Source: Nitrospirota bacterium | Lineage (GTDB): Bacteria; UBA2233 | NCBI GenBank assembly: GCA_011620345.1 | Contig: WOZJ01000057.1 | Span: forward strand, 101,246 to 165,245 | Direction: 5' to 3' | Length of the DNA stretch: 64,000 nucleotides | In this document: in pieces, positions 19,042 to 28,487 of the stretch | How positions within the stretch are numbered: the stretch's first letter is position 1 | Layout of the letters: the number at the start of each line of letters is the position of its first letter | The notes under the pieces: model-generated | What the model saw: the letters and a program-made list of their open reading frames with translations, nothing else | Told to the model about the DNA's origin: nothing | Database searches by the model: none | Made by a program: the position numbers and the translations under genes

Positions 19042-19977
19042 ATGAGCTTGCCACTTTTGCCTTCGCCTTTTGCCGCCTACCACATCCCCGTCCTTAAGGA
19101 CGCCGTTGTTTCGTTGGCCTACGGGGCAAAAAACCTTTCCGTCTTGGTGGATGCAACCGTAGGAGACGGGGGGCACCTGGAAGCCCTTTTGGGTCTAGTT
19201 CCGGAAAGTTGCCGCGTACTCGCTCTTGATCAAGACGCAAGCGCGATCGAACGGGCAAAGGCCAGGCTTTCCGAGCATCCCCGCTTTGAGTCCATCTTAT
19301 GGGTCAAGGCGCGGTTTTCCGCTATCCCTGGGCTGCTGAATGAGCTAGGGATGCCCCAAGCGGGGTTTGTCCTGCTCGATCTGGGGGTTTCCAGCCGTCA
19401 GCTGGAGGATCCAGGGCGAGGGTTTAGTTTTCGTCACCCAGGACCGCTGGACATGCGGATGGATCCGTTTATTCATACGCCTGCCAAAGAGCTGGTCAAC
19501 ACGCTTTCCGAGAAAGAGTTGGCGGATATTCTTTGGGGCTTAGGCCAGGAGCCTAGGTCCAGGAGGATCGCCAGGGCTATCATGGAGGCCAGGAGAGTCC
19601 AGCCAATAGAATCCACCTCGGCCCTTGCCCAAATCATCGAGCGTTCCGTCGGGAGAAAGGGCCGTTCATTCAAGATCCATCCGGCGACTCGCTCGTTCAT
19701 GGCGCTTCGGATTGCCGTCAACGACGAGCTTGGAGAGCTGCAAAGAGGGCTCGAGGGGGCCGTTTCCAAGCTCGGACCGTGTGGTAGAATCGTTGTAATC
19801 AGCTACCATTCTCTGGAGGACGGGCTTGTGAAGCGCTTTTTCAAAGCTCGGGACGACGGAAGCATCCTTACCAAAAAACCCGTTCGGCCGGACTTGGAAG
19901 AGGTTCGTGCCAACCCTCGCTCAAGAAGCGCCAAGCTCCGATGTTTCGAAAAAGAAGGCCAGAGTTCGTGCATTTAG
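19042..19977 (+). CDS. rsmH: 16S rRNA (cytosine1402-N4)-methyltransferase RsmH (MraW)
   Basis: HIPVLKDAVV...VDATVGDGGH SAM-MTase signature. The six-frame ORF begins inside rnpB at 18952; the first ATG after the rnpB 3' end, at 19042, is taken as the start. Confidence 0.85.
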   Translation: MSLPLLPSPFAAYHIPVLKDAVVSLAYGAKNLSVLVDATVGDGGHLEALLGLVPESCRVLALDQDASAIERAKARLSEHPRFESILWVKARFSAIPGLLNELGMPQAGFVLLDLGVSSRQLEDPGRGFSFRHPGPLDMRMDPFIHTPAKELVNTLSEKELADILWGLGQEPRSRRIARAIMEARRVQPIESTSALAQIIERSVGRKGRSFKIHPATRSFMALRIAVNDELGELQRGLEGAVSKLGPCGRIVVISYHSLEDGLVKRFFKARDDGSILTKKPVRPDLEEVRANPRSRSAKLRCFEKEGQSSCI

Positions 19978-21488
19978 GCCATCTTCTCGAAACCCTTCGT
20001 CCGTGCCGGGTTTTAGGGGCAGTTGTGCCGGAAACCCTTTTGTCCGGGATTACCGACCACTCCAAACGTGTCCAGCCAGGCTTCGTCTTTGTTGCCCGAA
20101 AAGGAGTCAACGCCCACGGGAAATATTTCGTGGCCGAGGCGTTGGCCAACGGGGCCTCCTGCGTGCTTTTGGAGGATGCCAAGGGTATCGACTCAGGACA
20201 TGCCTGCCTAATCGAGGTCCCTAAGATAGAAGAGCATATTGCTCATCTTGCCTACGGGTTTTACGGGAACCCCCAGCGCCTGCTTAGGCTGATAGGGATT
20301 ACGGGGACGAACGGAAAGACGACGAGCGCGTGTCTGCTCCAGCAGATGCTTTCTAGTATTGGAGAGCCATGCGCTTATGTCGGCACGTTAGGGGCAAGGG
20401 TTGGTATGGATGCGCCCTTTGAGCCGCTCGAGAACACCACCCCAGGAACTTTCGAAATGGCCGAGTGTTTGAACAAGGCCCGCCTTGCTGGAGCACGCGC
20501 GGTCGCAATCGAAGTATCCTCGCACGCTTTGGACCAGGGCAGGGTGGACGGGCTTTGTTTCCAAGCGGGGGTGTTCTTAAACCTCTCGCACGACCACCTT
20601 GATTATCACTGCTCGATGGAGGCCTACTTTCAGGCCAAAGCCCGCTTATTCCAGGTGTATATGGGAAAAGGAGGCTTTGCCGCCCTCAACGTTGACGACC
20701 CGTTTGGGTGTAGGCTTCTTGAAGGTTTTGGGCAGGGCCGGAAGCTTGGTTTTGGATTATGTTCCCAAAAAGGCTTAAGCGCCAAAAACATCGCTTTTTC
20801 TCTCCAAGGGACGAGCTTTGAGCTCGTTCTAGACTCAAAGGCCGTAGGAAAGGCCAGGATACCCCTGGTTGGGCTCCACAATGTTTCTAACGTGCTGGGA
20901 GCTTTGGCCCTAAGTGTGGGGCTCGGGTTTGACCCTAGGGCCCTTGTGGCAGCGCTGGAGCATCTCCCTCAGATCCCGGGCAGGCTTGAGCGCGTGGGAC
21001 CGAGGGACGGGGGCCCAAAGCCGTGCGTGTTCGTCGATTACGCCCATACGCCGGATGCTGTCGAGAGGGTGCTTAAGGCACTTAAGCTCATGAGCCAGGG
21101 TAGGCTCATCGGCGTTCTTGGGTGCGGCGGAGACCGCGACCCGTTTAAGAGGCCCATCATGGGGAAACTTCTTGCGGAAGTTTGCGACGTTGCCGTCCTC
21201 ACGCAGGACAACCCTCGAAGCGAGGATCCGCTCGCAATCCTAATGGCGATGGAAGAAGGCGCAAGAATCTCGGCAAGAAGGTTCGACGGGCAATCCGGGT
21301 ACGTGTGTATCCCTGACCGCAGCGAAGCCATAGAGTTTGCTCTATCTAGGGCTCTCCCAGACGATACCGTGGCAATCCTAGGAAAGGGGCATGAGGCCTA
21401 CCAGATGGTTCGGGGAGTTCGGCACCCATTTGATGACCGCCTTGTGGCAAGGGCGGTTCTCGATGCGTACAGATCCCCAGGCGTATAG
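19941..21488 (+). CDS. murE: UDP-N-acetylmuramoyl-L-alanyl-D-glutamate--2,6-diaminopimelate ligase MurE (DNPR motif, meso-DAP type)
   Basis: Mur ligase ITGTNGKTT P-loop. LTQDNPRSEDP indicates the meso-DAP-adding type. Overlaps the rsmH end; an alternative in-frame GTG start lies at 19968. Confidence 0.9.
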   Translation: MFRKRRPEFVHLGHLLETLRPCRVLGAVVPETLLSGITDHSKRVQPGFVFVARKGVNAHGKYFVAEALANGASCVLLEDAKGIDSGHACLIEVPKIEEHIAHLAYGFYGNPQRLLRLIGITGTNGKTTSACLLQQMLSSIGEPCAYVGTLGARVGMDAPFEPLENTTPGTFEMAECLNKARLAGARAVAIEVSSHALDQGRVDGLCFQAGVFLNLSHDHLDYHCSMEAYFQAKARLFQVYMGKGGFAALNVDDPFGCRLLEGFGQGRKLGFGLCSQKGLSAKNIAFSLQGTSFELVLDSKAVGKARIPLVGLHNVSNVLGALALSVGLGFDPRALVAALEHLPQIPGRLERVGPRDGGPKPCVFVDYAHTPDAVERVLKALKLMSQGRLIGVLGCGGDRDPFKRPIMGKLLAEVCDVAVLTQDNPRSEDPLAILMAMEEGARISARRFDGQSGYVCIPDRSEAIEFALSRALPDDTVAILGKGHEAYQMVRGVRHPFDDRLVARAVLDAYRSPGV

Positions 21489-21495
21489 GCCCAGC

Positions 21496-22917
21496 ATGAT
21501 TCCTTTGGGCGTATCGGAGGTTTTGCAGGCAGTTTCGGGTATTGCCCTGGAAAAAGGTTCAGGCCGGGAGGTTACGGGCGTCGTCGTGCATTCCGGCCTT
21601 TGCAAGGAAGGGGTCTTGTTCGTAGCCCTCGAAGGGGAGCGGACCGACGGCCATGCCTTTCTTGACGAGGCCCTTCAAAAGGGGGCTCTCGGCGTACTGG
21701 GAAGGTTCGATAAGCTTACCCGTTGGATGCGCCATGCCTCCCTGGTCAACGGCTGGATCATTGGGTGCAAAGACCCTCTTTCCGCGCTCGGGGCAATAGC
21801 CAAGGCCGTTCGTTCCAAGTCTAAGGCCCCCATGGTGGCCGTTACGGGTTCGAGTGGCAAAACAACGACGAAAGAAATGGTTGCTTGCGTGCTTGGAGCG
21901 GCCTACAACGTCCACAAAAACCCAGGGAATTACAACAACGCGCTCGGCGTTCCTTTAGCCCTGTTTGAGCTTGAGGCCGCCCACGAGGTCAGCGTGCTCG
22001 AGCTCGGAATGAGCAAAAAGGGGGAAATTGCTTATTTGTCGGATATTGTGGCCCCGGATGTCGGGATTCTCACAAACGTTCAACCTGCACATCTCGAAGG
22101 CCTGGGCGGGCTGGGAGAGGTCAAGGAGGCAAAGGCCGAGCTCCTTAAGGGCATGAACCCCGAAACCGGCATGTTCGTGACCTGCATGGACAACCCATTT
22201 GCCTTGGAGGTTGCGCTTCGGTTTCCAGGGGAGAGGCTTTTGGTCTCCATGCAAACCAAAGCGGACCTCTACCTGAAAGAGGCGCCGATTTGGGATGGGA
22301 AGGCGATGCGTGCCAGGCTCATCGGGCCGGGAGGGGAGATGTTTGAGCTAGCCTTGCCGTTTCCTGGCGAGCATCTTGTTTGCGATGCCATGATTGCCCT
22401 GGCTGTGGGCGCAAGGCTTGGTGTTCCGCTCCATGATGGCTTGCAGAGGCTAAGCGACTTCCAGCTTCCTTCCTTGCGTTTTGAAACGAGAACGCTGCCC
22501 AAGGGGGGGCTTGTCGTGTTCGATGCCTACAACGCAAACCCTGCGTCTATGGAAGCCTCCTTAAAGGCGTTTTGCATGCTGGCCGAAAGCCTAACGAAGG
22601 TTGTCGTATTGGGCGACATGCTCGAGCTCGGAGCCGAAACAGAGCACTATCATCGAAAACTCGGGGCGTTTGTTGCTGGGCTTGGTATTCAAACCCACTG
22701 CATCGGAAACTATGCCACCTGGATTGTCGAGGGCGCCAAGGACTTCGACCCCTCTTGCGAGATTTATGCCTACCAAAAAGATGCGCAGGAAGATCTATCT
22801 ATAGCGCTCTCGAGAATAATTCACCATGGCAGCGCCCTGCTCCTCAAAGGCTCTAGGGCCAACAGGCTGGAAGACTTGTTGGAGTGTATCGAGAACAACC
22901 AACTCTCTAAGGAATAA
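21496..22917 (+). CDS. murF: UDP-N-acetylmuramoyl-tripeptide--D-alanyl-D-alanine ligase MurF
   Basis: Mur ligase P-loop VTGSSGKTTTKEM. Start set at the first ATG after the murE stop. Confidence 0.9.
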   Translation: MIPLGVSEVLQAVSGIALEKGSGREVTGVVVHSGLCKEGVLFVALEGERTDGHAFLDEALQKGALGVLGRFDKLTRWMRHASLVNGWIIGCKDPLSALGAIAKAVRSKSKAPMVAVTGSSGKTTTKEMVACVLGAAYNVHKNPGNYNNALGVPLALFELEAAHEVSVLELGMSKKGEIAYLSDIVAPDVGILTNVQPAHLEGLGGLGEVKEAKAELLKGMNPETGMFVTCMDNPFALEVALRFPGERLLVSMQTKADLYLKEAPIWDGKAMRARLIGPGGEMFELALPFPGEHLVCDAMIALAVGARLGVPLHDGLQRLSDFQLPSLRFETRTLPKGGLVVFDAYNANPASMEASLKAFCMLAESLTKVVVLGDMLELGAETEHYHRKLGAFVAGLGIQTHCIGNYATWIVEGAKDFDPSCEIYAYQKDAQEDLSIALSRIIHHGSALLLKGSRANRLEDLLECIENNQLSKE

Positions 22918-22922
22918 CGCAC

Positions 22923-24002
22923 GTGCTTTTTCACCTGTCGATCCTGCTATCGGATACGATAAGCTTTTTTAATGTTTTTCGCTATATTTCTTTTCGGTCG
23001 ATCTATGCGCTTCTTACTGCCTTTGCTCTAGGACTTGCACTTATGCCGCCCTTTATCCGATACATGCGAAGGCGCCATTTAAGCCAGGCCCTGCGAGAAG
23101 ATGGCCCAAAGCAACACCTCGTGAGCAAGGCCGGAACGCCGACAATGGGAGGGGGCGTGATCCTTACGAGCGCCGTCGTTTCAACCCTACTTTGGGCAAA
23201 CCTCCAAAGTCAGTTTGTTTGGGGCGGGATCGGGACGTTGTTGGTACTCGGAGGGCTTGGGCTTGCTGATGACATATGGAAGGTCAAGGCAAGGAGCTCC
23301 AAAGGCGTACCCGGAAAAGCCAAGCTCCTGATCCAAGGGCTCTGGGGGGCTGGCGTCGGGGTTTGGCTTGCGCAGATGCCGGAGGTCGGCACGCTTCTGC
23401 AGCTTCCTTTTTTTAAGCACGTTCAGCCTCTTTTAGGGGCATCGTTCTTTCTGTTTGCCTCCTTGGTTGTCATGGCAAGCTCCAACGCCGTGAACCTTAC
23501 GGACGGGTTGGACGGGCTTGTGAGCGTTCCGCTCGTTTTTGCCTTCCTGACGTATCTGGGGTTGGTCTACTGTGCGGGCAACAAGCTCCTTGCAGCCTAC
23601 CTAAACGTGACCCACGTACCAGGTTCCGGGGAGGTGTGCATTCTGATCGGCGCGCTCATGGGGGCAATCGTGGCCTTCCTTTGGTACAACACCTATCCGG
23701 CCCAAGTGTTCATGGGAGACGTGGGGTCGCTATCGCTAGGAGGAGCCCTTGGTTACGTGGCGCTCATCGCCAAGCAAGAAGTCCTACTCATCTTGGTCGG
23801 CGGGCTTTTTGTCGTGGAGGCGCTCTCCGTAATCTTTCAGGTGGCTTCGTTCAAGCTTAGAGGAAAACGTATCTTTCGGATGGCTCCACTACATCACCAC
23901 TTTGAGCTTCTTGGCTGGCCGGAACCTAGGGTGATCGTCCGGTTCTGGATTATTTCAGGCATCTTTGCGTTGCTTGCAATCAGCACCCTTAAGCTCCGTT
24001 AG
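22923..24002 (+). CDS. mraY: Phospho-N-acetylmuramoyl-pentapeptide transferase MraY
   Basis: Ten-TM polytopic protein with MraY motifs (NAVNLTDGLDGL, HHHFELLGW). Confidence 0.9.
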   Translation: MLFHLSILLSDTISFFNVFRYISFRSIYALLTAFALGLALMPPFIRYMRRRHLSQALREDGPKQHLVSKAGTPTMGGGVILTSAVVSTLLWANLQSQFVWGGIGTLLVLGGLGLADDIWKVKARSSKGVPGKAKLLIQGLWGAGVGVWLAQMPEVGTLLQLPFFKHVQPLLGASFFLFASLVVMASSNAVNLTDGLDGLVSVPLVFAFLTYLGLVYCAGNKLLAAYLNVTHVPGSGEVCILIGALMGAIVAFLWYNTYPAQVFMGDVGSLSLGGALGYVALIAKQEVLLILVGGLFVVEALSVIFQVASFKLRGKRIFRMAPLHHHFELLGWPEPRVIVRFWIISGIFALLAISTLKLR

Positions 24003-24007
24003 CCCAC

Positions 24008-25381
24008 GTGTACCGCCTACGCTCCTGTCAGCCTGTGGGTATCCTTGGTGCCGGAAAGACTGCAAGGCGTCTTGCGCGCTCTCTTACGAATGAAGGGCTG
24101 GCCGTTTGGGTGTACGAGGAGCACCCAAAGAATGTGCATAGAAGGGCGCTGGAGTACCTTGCCAAGCTTGGCGTCAAGATGTTTGGGCCTTCCAGCGAGG
24201 AAAAGTTCCTCGAGGGGCTTAGCGTTCTCGTCCCTTCTCCCGGCTTTTCGTTCGTGCATCCTGTGTTTGTGCTTGCCCTTAAGCGCGGGATCCCTTGGGT
24301 TGGAGAGCTTGACTTGATCTCTTTGCTTGCAGGCACCCCGCCAAAATTGCTTGCCGTGAGCGGAACAAACGGTAAAACAAGTGTGTGCTCCTGGGTACAG
24401 AATCTTTTGTCCCAGCTTGGACAGCGGGTATTTCGTGCAGGAAATGAAGGCCCGCCGTTTGGCCGCTTTTTGGGAAGGGCTGGATCGTTCCAGGTCGGGG
24501 TATTGGAGACGAGCAGCTTCCAGCTTGCGCAATCTAAGGTCTTTCGACCGAGCGTGGTCCTTTTGACAGAGATCCGGCCGGACCACCTTTCCTGGCATGG
24601 GTCTTTTGAAGCCTACCAGGCCGCCAAGCTCTCCGTCCTCGAGCGGCTTGGGGCCAAAGATACTGCGATCGTACTCAACCCGGATCCAGTCACCGAAAAG
24701 GCCCTGCAAGGGGGCCGGTCGAAGGTTTGGAGTGTAGGCAAGAGAATGTCGTTCGCGTATGGGGGACTTGTATGGGATAAGGAGTGGTTCTACGTGGAGG
24801 CCCCCGGCCTTTCCTTGAGGATCCCACTTCCCAATTCTGAAGATGTGGCGTTCATCCCGCCTGAAAACCTCCTTTTGGCCGGGCTCGCCGCGTTCGAGCT
24901 TTCCGGAGACAAGACGGCGTTTTCTATGCTGGAAGGGCTAAGGCCGTTGACGTACCGCATTTCTTTTGAACGTACGCTCAAAGGGGCGTCCATATTCAAC
25001 GATTCTAAGGCCACGAACGTGGCGAGCGTAGAGCTTGCGCTTAAGCTGCTGCCTACTCCGATCGTATGGATAGGCGGAGGCCTTTCTAAGGGGCTTGATT
25101 TAAGCCCCTTGAAGAGCCTCGTTAGGGAAAAAGTGCGGCTCGCGCTGTTCTTCGGACACGCAAGAGATGCCTTTGCCGATGCACTTGGAGACCTGGTGCC
25201 CTCTGAGCGGTTTAAGACGCTGGAAATGCTTATGCTTAGGCTTGCAGACGTTGTGATGCCCGAAGACCGGGTATTGTTCTCCCCGGGGTGCGCGAGCTTC
25301 GATGCCTTCAAGAGTTTTCGTCATAGGGGGTTTACGTTTTCTAAGCTTCTTGCCTCCTTAAGCCCTACCGAGGTCATCTGA
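24008..25381 (+). CDS. murD: UDP-N-acetylmuramoylalanine--D-glutamate ligase MurD
   Basis: Mur ligase P-loop VSGTNGKTS and a Rossmann-like N-domain. Confidence 0.9.
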   Translation: MYRLRSCQPVGILGAGKTARRLARSLTNEGLAVWVYEEHPKNVHRRALEYLAKLGVKMFGPSSEEKFLEGLSVLVPSPGFSFVHPVFVLALKRGIPWVGELDLISLLAGTPPKLLAVSGTNGKTSVCSWVQNLLSQLGQRVFRAGNEGPPFGRFLGRAGSFQVGVLETSSFQLAQSKVFRPSVVLLTEIRPDHLSWHGSFEAYQAAKLSVLERLGAKDTAIVLNPDPVTEKALQGGRSKVWSVGKRMSFAYGGLVWDKEWFYVEAPGLSLRIPLPNSEDVAFIPPENLLLAGLAAFELSGDKTAFSMLEGLRPLTYRISFERTLKGASIFNDSKATNVASVELALKLLPTPIVWIGGGLSKGLDLSPLKSLVREKVRLALFFGHARDAFADALGDLVPSERFKTLEMLMLRLADVVMPEDRVLFSPGCASFDAFKSFRHRGFTFSKLLASLSPTEVI

Positions 25382-25461
25382 AGGGCTTTTGTGGCATCCC
25401 GGCCCATCTTTACTCTTTCATAGGTATTGCAATTTTTAAATTGAGAGTATAATCACTGTCA

Positions 25462-25487
25462 GTGGGAGGAAGTGGGGAACCGTGGGA
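25462..25487 (+). promoter_or_regulatory. Three direct GTGGG(A/G) repeats at exact 10-bp spacing: putative MraZ operator immediately upstream of mraZ
   Basis: aGTGGGAggaaGTGGGGaaccGTGGGAggtt at 25462-25487, matching the TGGGN-N5 direct-repeat architecture of MraZ binding sites. A TATAAT lies at 25448-25453. Confidence 0.5.
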
Positions 25488-25499
25488 GGTTAAGCCTCG

Positions 25500-25988
25500 A
25501 TGTTCATCGGTCAGTGGACTTACAAGATCGACGAAAAGGGAAGACTTCCCTTTCCCCCGAGGTTCCGTGCTAGCCTTAAAGAAGGGGTTGTGCTCTTGCC
25601 CGGGCCGGAGGCTTCTCTTACGGGATACCCCCTTGAGGTGTTTCTCCGGATGGCTTCAAGGATGACAGAAACCGATGGCTCCTCGAGGGAGGTCCGCTTG
25701 CTAAAGCGGGCGCTTATCGGCCAGGCGGTTCAGCTCGATTTAGACGGCCAGGGAAGGGTCCTCCTGCCTCAGGAATTCCGTGCGTATGCCGAGCTTTCCG
25801 AAAGTGCAGTGATTATAGGGCTATTCCGTTCTTTCGAGATATGGAGCCCGGCGAGGTGGGAGAGCGAGCGTCTCATGGCCCAAGAGCAGCTCCATAACCT
25901 TCTAGAGAAAGGGCCGATCTATGAAGGGGCCCTTTCCAAAGGACTTGCGGACAAGAGGAAAAGCCAGGAATGGGTTCAAGAGGTATAG
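25500..25988 (+). CDS. mraZ: Transcriptional regulator MraZ
   Basis: 162 aa with the two DxxxR-type repeats (DEKGRLPFPPRFR and DGQGRVLLPQEFR) and the C-terminal FEIWSPARW segment. Aligns to E. coli MraZ along its full length. Confidence 0.85.
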   Translation: MFIGQWTYKIDEKGRLPFPPRFRASLKEGVVLLPGPEASLTGYPLEVFLRMASRMTETDGSSREVRLLKRALIGQAVQLDLDGQGRVLLPQEFRAYAELSESAVIIGLFRSFEIWSPARWESERLMAQEQLHNLLEKGPIYEGALSKGLADKRKSQEWVQEV

Positions 25989-27166
25989 ATAGAGCAACCC
26001 TTGCGATTGCCGCGGGGGGGACGGGAGGCCACCTGTTCCCAGGCCTTAGCGTGGCCAGGGCCTGGCTTTTAAGGCACCCCGCCGGGTCTGTCGTTTTTTT
26101 TGGCACCAAAAAAGACGCGTGTTATGTAGAGGGACAAGACCCTCGGTTGCGGTTCGTTGCCGTGAGTATGCAAGGGGTTGCAGGGCGCGGGATTCGGGGC
26201 ATAGCCGGGCTTTTTGTCAAGGGCGTTCCATCCATCCTGGCTATGATTCGAGAGTTCTTGAAAGAGCGGCCTTGCGCGGCCGTTTGTTTTGGCGGGTTTG
26301 TGTCGTTCCCCGTCGGGGCCGCCGCTTGGGTCTTGCGTATCCCCTTATTCCTTCACGAGGCCAACGCAATTCCAGGGATGGCGAACCGCCTCCTGCGCCA
26401 TTGGGCCAAAAAAATGTTCGTAGCCCATGCGGGTATGCTTACAAGCTTGGGGACACGCGCGCAGCTCGTGGGGATTCCCGTACGGGACGGGATAGAGGAC
26501 ACTAAAGATTTCCAGAAGGCCAGCCTAAACTCTAGGCCCGTGCGCATCCTAGTGATCGGCGGATCGCAGGGGGCCTACAGCATGAACCGGATTGTCCTTG
26601 AAAGCCTGGAGCAGCTTTTTCTTAGGCTGGATGCGGAGGTAATCCTTCAATGGGGTAAATGGCCGATGGGTGAGGTGGAGTCATACCTCGAACGCTTCAA
26701 GGATCGCCTATTGGTCTTGCCCTTTATCGAGGATATGGCGCTGACGTACCGTTGGGCGGACATTATCGTTTCACGTTCCGGGGCCTCGACCTTGGCCGAG
26801 CTTGCCTTTGTCGAAAAGCCGGCAATTCTCGTCCCGTTCCCTTTTGCCACGCACAACCACCAGCTCCTCAACGCCCAGGCGGCGGAGCGTGCAGGAGCGG
26901 CAAGGGTTTTGGAAGAAAAAAACCTGAATGTCGACAACCTTGTTGAAGCGCTTGTTGCCCTTGCCCAAGACCCGGCATGTCGGGAGCGTATGGGCCTGGC
27001 GTGGAAAGGTTTGGCCCATCCCAAGGCCGCAGACCGAATGATCGAGACAATTGAGGCTTACATGAAAGGAGTTCATCTGAATGTACCGGCAAAACCTTAC
27101 GCTGTATTTTCTAGGGATAGGCGGAATCGGGATGAGCGGAATTGCCGAGCTTCTTTGGAACCTTAA
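25970..27166 (+). CDS. murG: UDP-N-acetylglucosamine--N-acetylmuramyl-(pentapeptide) pyrophosphoryl-undecaprenol GlcNAc transferase MurG
   Basis: GT28 N-terminal AAGGTGGHLFPGLSVA and the C-terminal domain. Confidence 0.9.
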   Translation: MGSRGIDRATLAIAAGGTGGHLFPGLSVARAWLLRHPAGSVVFFGTKKDACYVEGQDPRLRFVAVSMQGVAGRGIRGIAGLFVKGVPSILAMIREFLKERPCAAVCFGGFVSFPVGAAAWVLRIPLFLHEANAIPGMANRLLRHWAKKMFVAHAGMLTSLGTRAQLVGIPVRDGIEDTKDFQKASLNSRPVRILVIGGSQGAYSMNRIVLESLEQLFLRLDAEVILQWGKWPMGEVESYLERFKDRLLVLPFIEDMALTYRWADIIVSRSGASTLAELAFVEKPAILVPFPFATHNHQLLNAQAAERAGAARVLEEKNLNVDNLVEALVALAQDPACRERMGLAWKGLAHPKAADRMIETIEAYMKGVHLNVPAKPYAVFSRDRRNRDERNCRASLEP

Positions 27167-28481
27167 CTACCGGGTTGTGGGTTCGGACATCGCCGATTCC
27201 GACACGCTTTTGCACCTAAGGAGCCTTGGAATACCCGTCTTCTTGGGGCACGATGCCTCAAGGTTACCTGTGATTGCACCTGACGTTGTCGTGGTTTCTT
27301 CGGCTATCGCTCAAGACAACCCAGAGATTCTTGAAGCAAAAAGGCTAGGGATTCCCGTGATCCCAAGAGCTGTCATGCTTGCCGAACTGATGCGGCTGAA
27401 GTATGGCATTGCAGTATCCGGGGCCCATGGCAAGACGACGACGACCTCGATGGTCGCCCACGTTTTGCTCGAGGCGGGAATGGATCCAACCGTCGTTCTC
27501 GGTGGGCGCTTGAAGGAAACCCGCAGGAACGCATCGCTGGGAAAAGGGTCTTTCATCGTGGTAGAGGCTGACGAATCTGACAGTTCCTTCTTATGGTTGG
27601 CTCCTAGCATTGCAGTCGTGACGAACCTTGACAACGAGCATTTGAACAGCTACAGGGACAGCTTTCATGTCCTCCAAGAAGCCTTTCGGGTGTTTTTAGA
27701 GAAAGTCCCGTTTTACGGGCTTTGCGTCTACTGCGCCGACGACCCGAACGTCCTGGCCGTTGCCGAGCGGCTCGACAGAAGAAAGGTAGGATACGGGCTT
27801 TCGCAGGCATCTCAAGTTCGTGCGTGGGGGGTTGAGTCACGGCCTTTTGGGTGCTTCGCCCAACTTGAGGCGTTTGGTGAAAGTTTGGGCGAGCTTGTCC
27901 TTAAGGTTCCAGGTGTCCATAACTTAAAAAATGCCCTTGCTGCCGTGGCGGTAGGGCTTGAGCTAAACATTCCTTACCCTACGATTGCCCGCGCTCTCGC
28001 TTCGTTTGAGGGGATCGAACGGAGGTTTGAGGTCAGGCTCAGCAAGCCTGGGCTTACTGTCATCGAGGACTATGCCCACCATCCAACGGAAATCTTGGCA
28101 ACGCTCCAGGCGTTCAGGGCCGAATTCCCGGAGGTTCGGAGGCGTGTCGTTTTTCAGCCTCACCGCTTTAGCAGGGTTTATCGCCTCCAGGAACAATTTA
28201 CCGACTGTTTTGCCCCTGACACCGACGAGCTCATCCTTTTGCCGACCTACGGAGCGGGTGAACCGTATGACTCCGAGGGCGACGGCCACAGGCTTTTTGA
28301 GCGTATCTCGGCCGGAGGAAAGACCCCCTGCCGGTTCGCCTCCACGTTTGATGAAGCCATCGGCCTTCTGCTCGAAGGCATCACCGAGCCTCAGGCGATC
28401 ATCTTCTTGGGTGCGGGAGACATTCACAAGCTTGCGGCTGGGTTTACCGATGCCCTTTCTTGCGCATCGTTCGTGGGGTGA
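27081..28481 (+). CDS. murC: UDP-N-acetylmuramate--L-alanine ligase MurC
   Basis: N-terminal YFLGIGGIGMSGIAELL and P-loop VSGAHGKTTTTSM. RBS aaggag. Overlaps the murG 3' end by ~86 nt. Confidence 0.9.
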   Translation: MYRQNLTLYFLGIGGIGMSGIAELLWNLNYRVVGSDIADSDTLLHLRSLGIPVFLGHDASRLPVIAPDVVVVSSAIAQDNPEILEAKRLGIPVIPRAVMLAELMRLKYGIAVSGAHGKTTTTSMVAHVLLEAGMDPTVVLGGRLKETRRNASLGKGSFIVVEADESDSSFLWLAPSIAVVTNLDNEHLNSYRDSFHVLQEAFRVFLEKVPFYGLCVYCADDPNVLAVAERLDRRKVGYGLSQASQVRAWGVESRPFGCFAQLEAFGESLGELVLKVPGVHNLKNALAAVAVGLELNIPYPTIARALASFEGIERRFEVRLSKPGLTVIEDYAHHPTEILATLQAFRAEFPEVRRRVVFQPHRFSRVYRLQEQFTDCFAPDTDELILLPTYGAGEPYDSEGDGHRLFERISAGGKTPCRFASTFDEAIGLLLEGITEPQAIIFLGAGDIHKLAAGFTDALSCASFVG

Positions 28482-28487
28482 AATATT

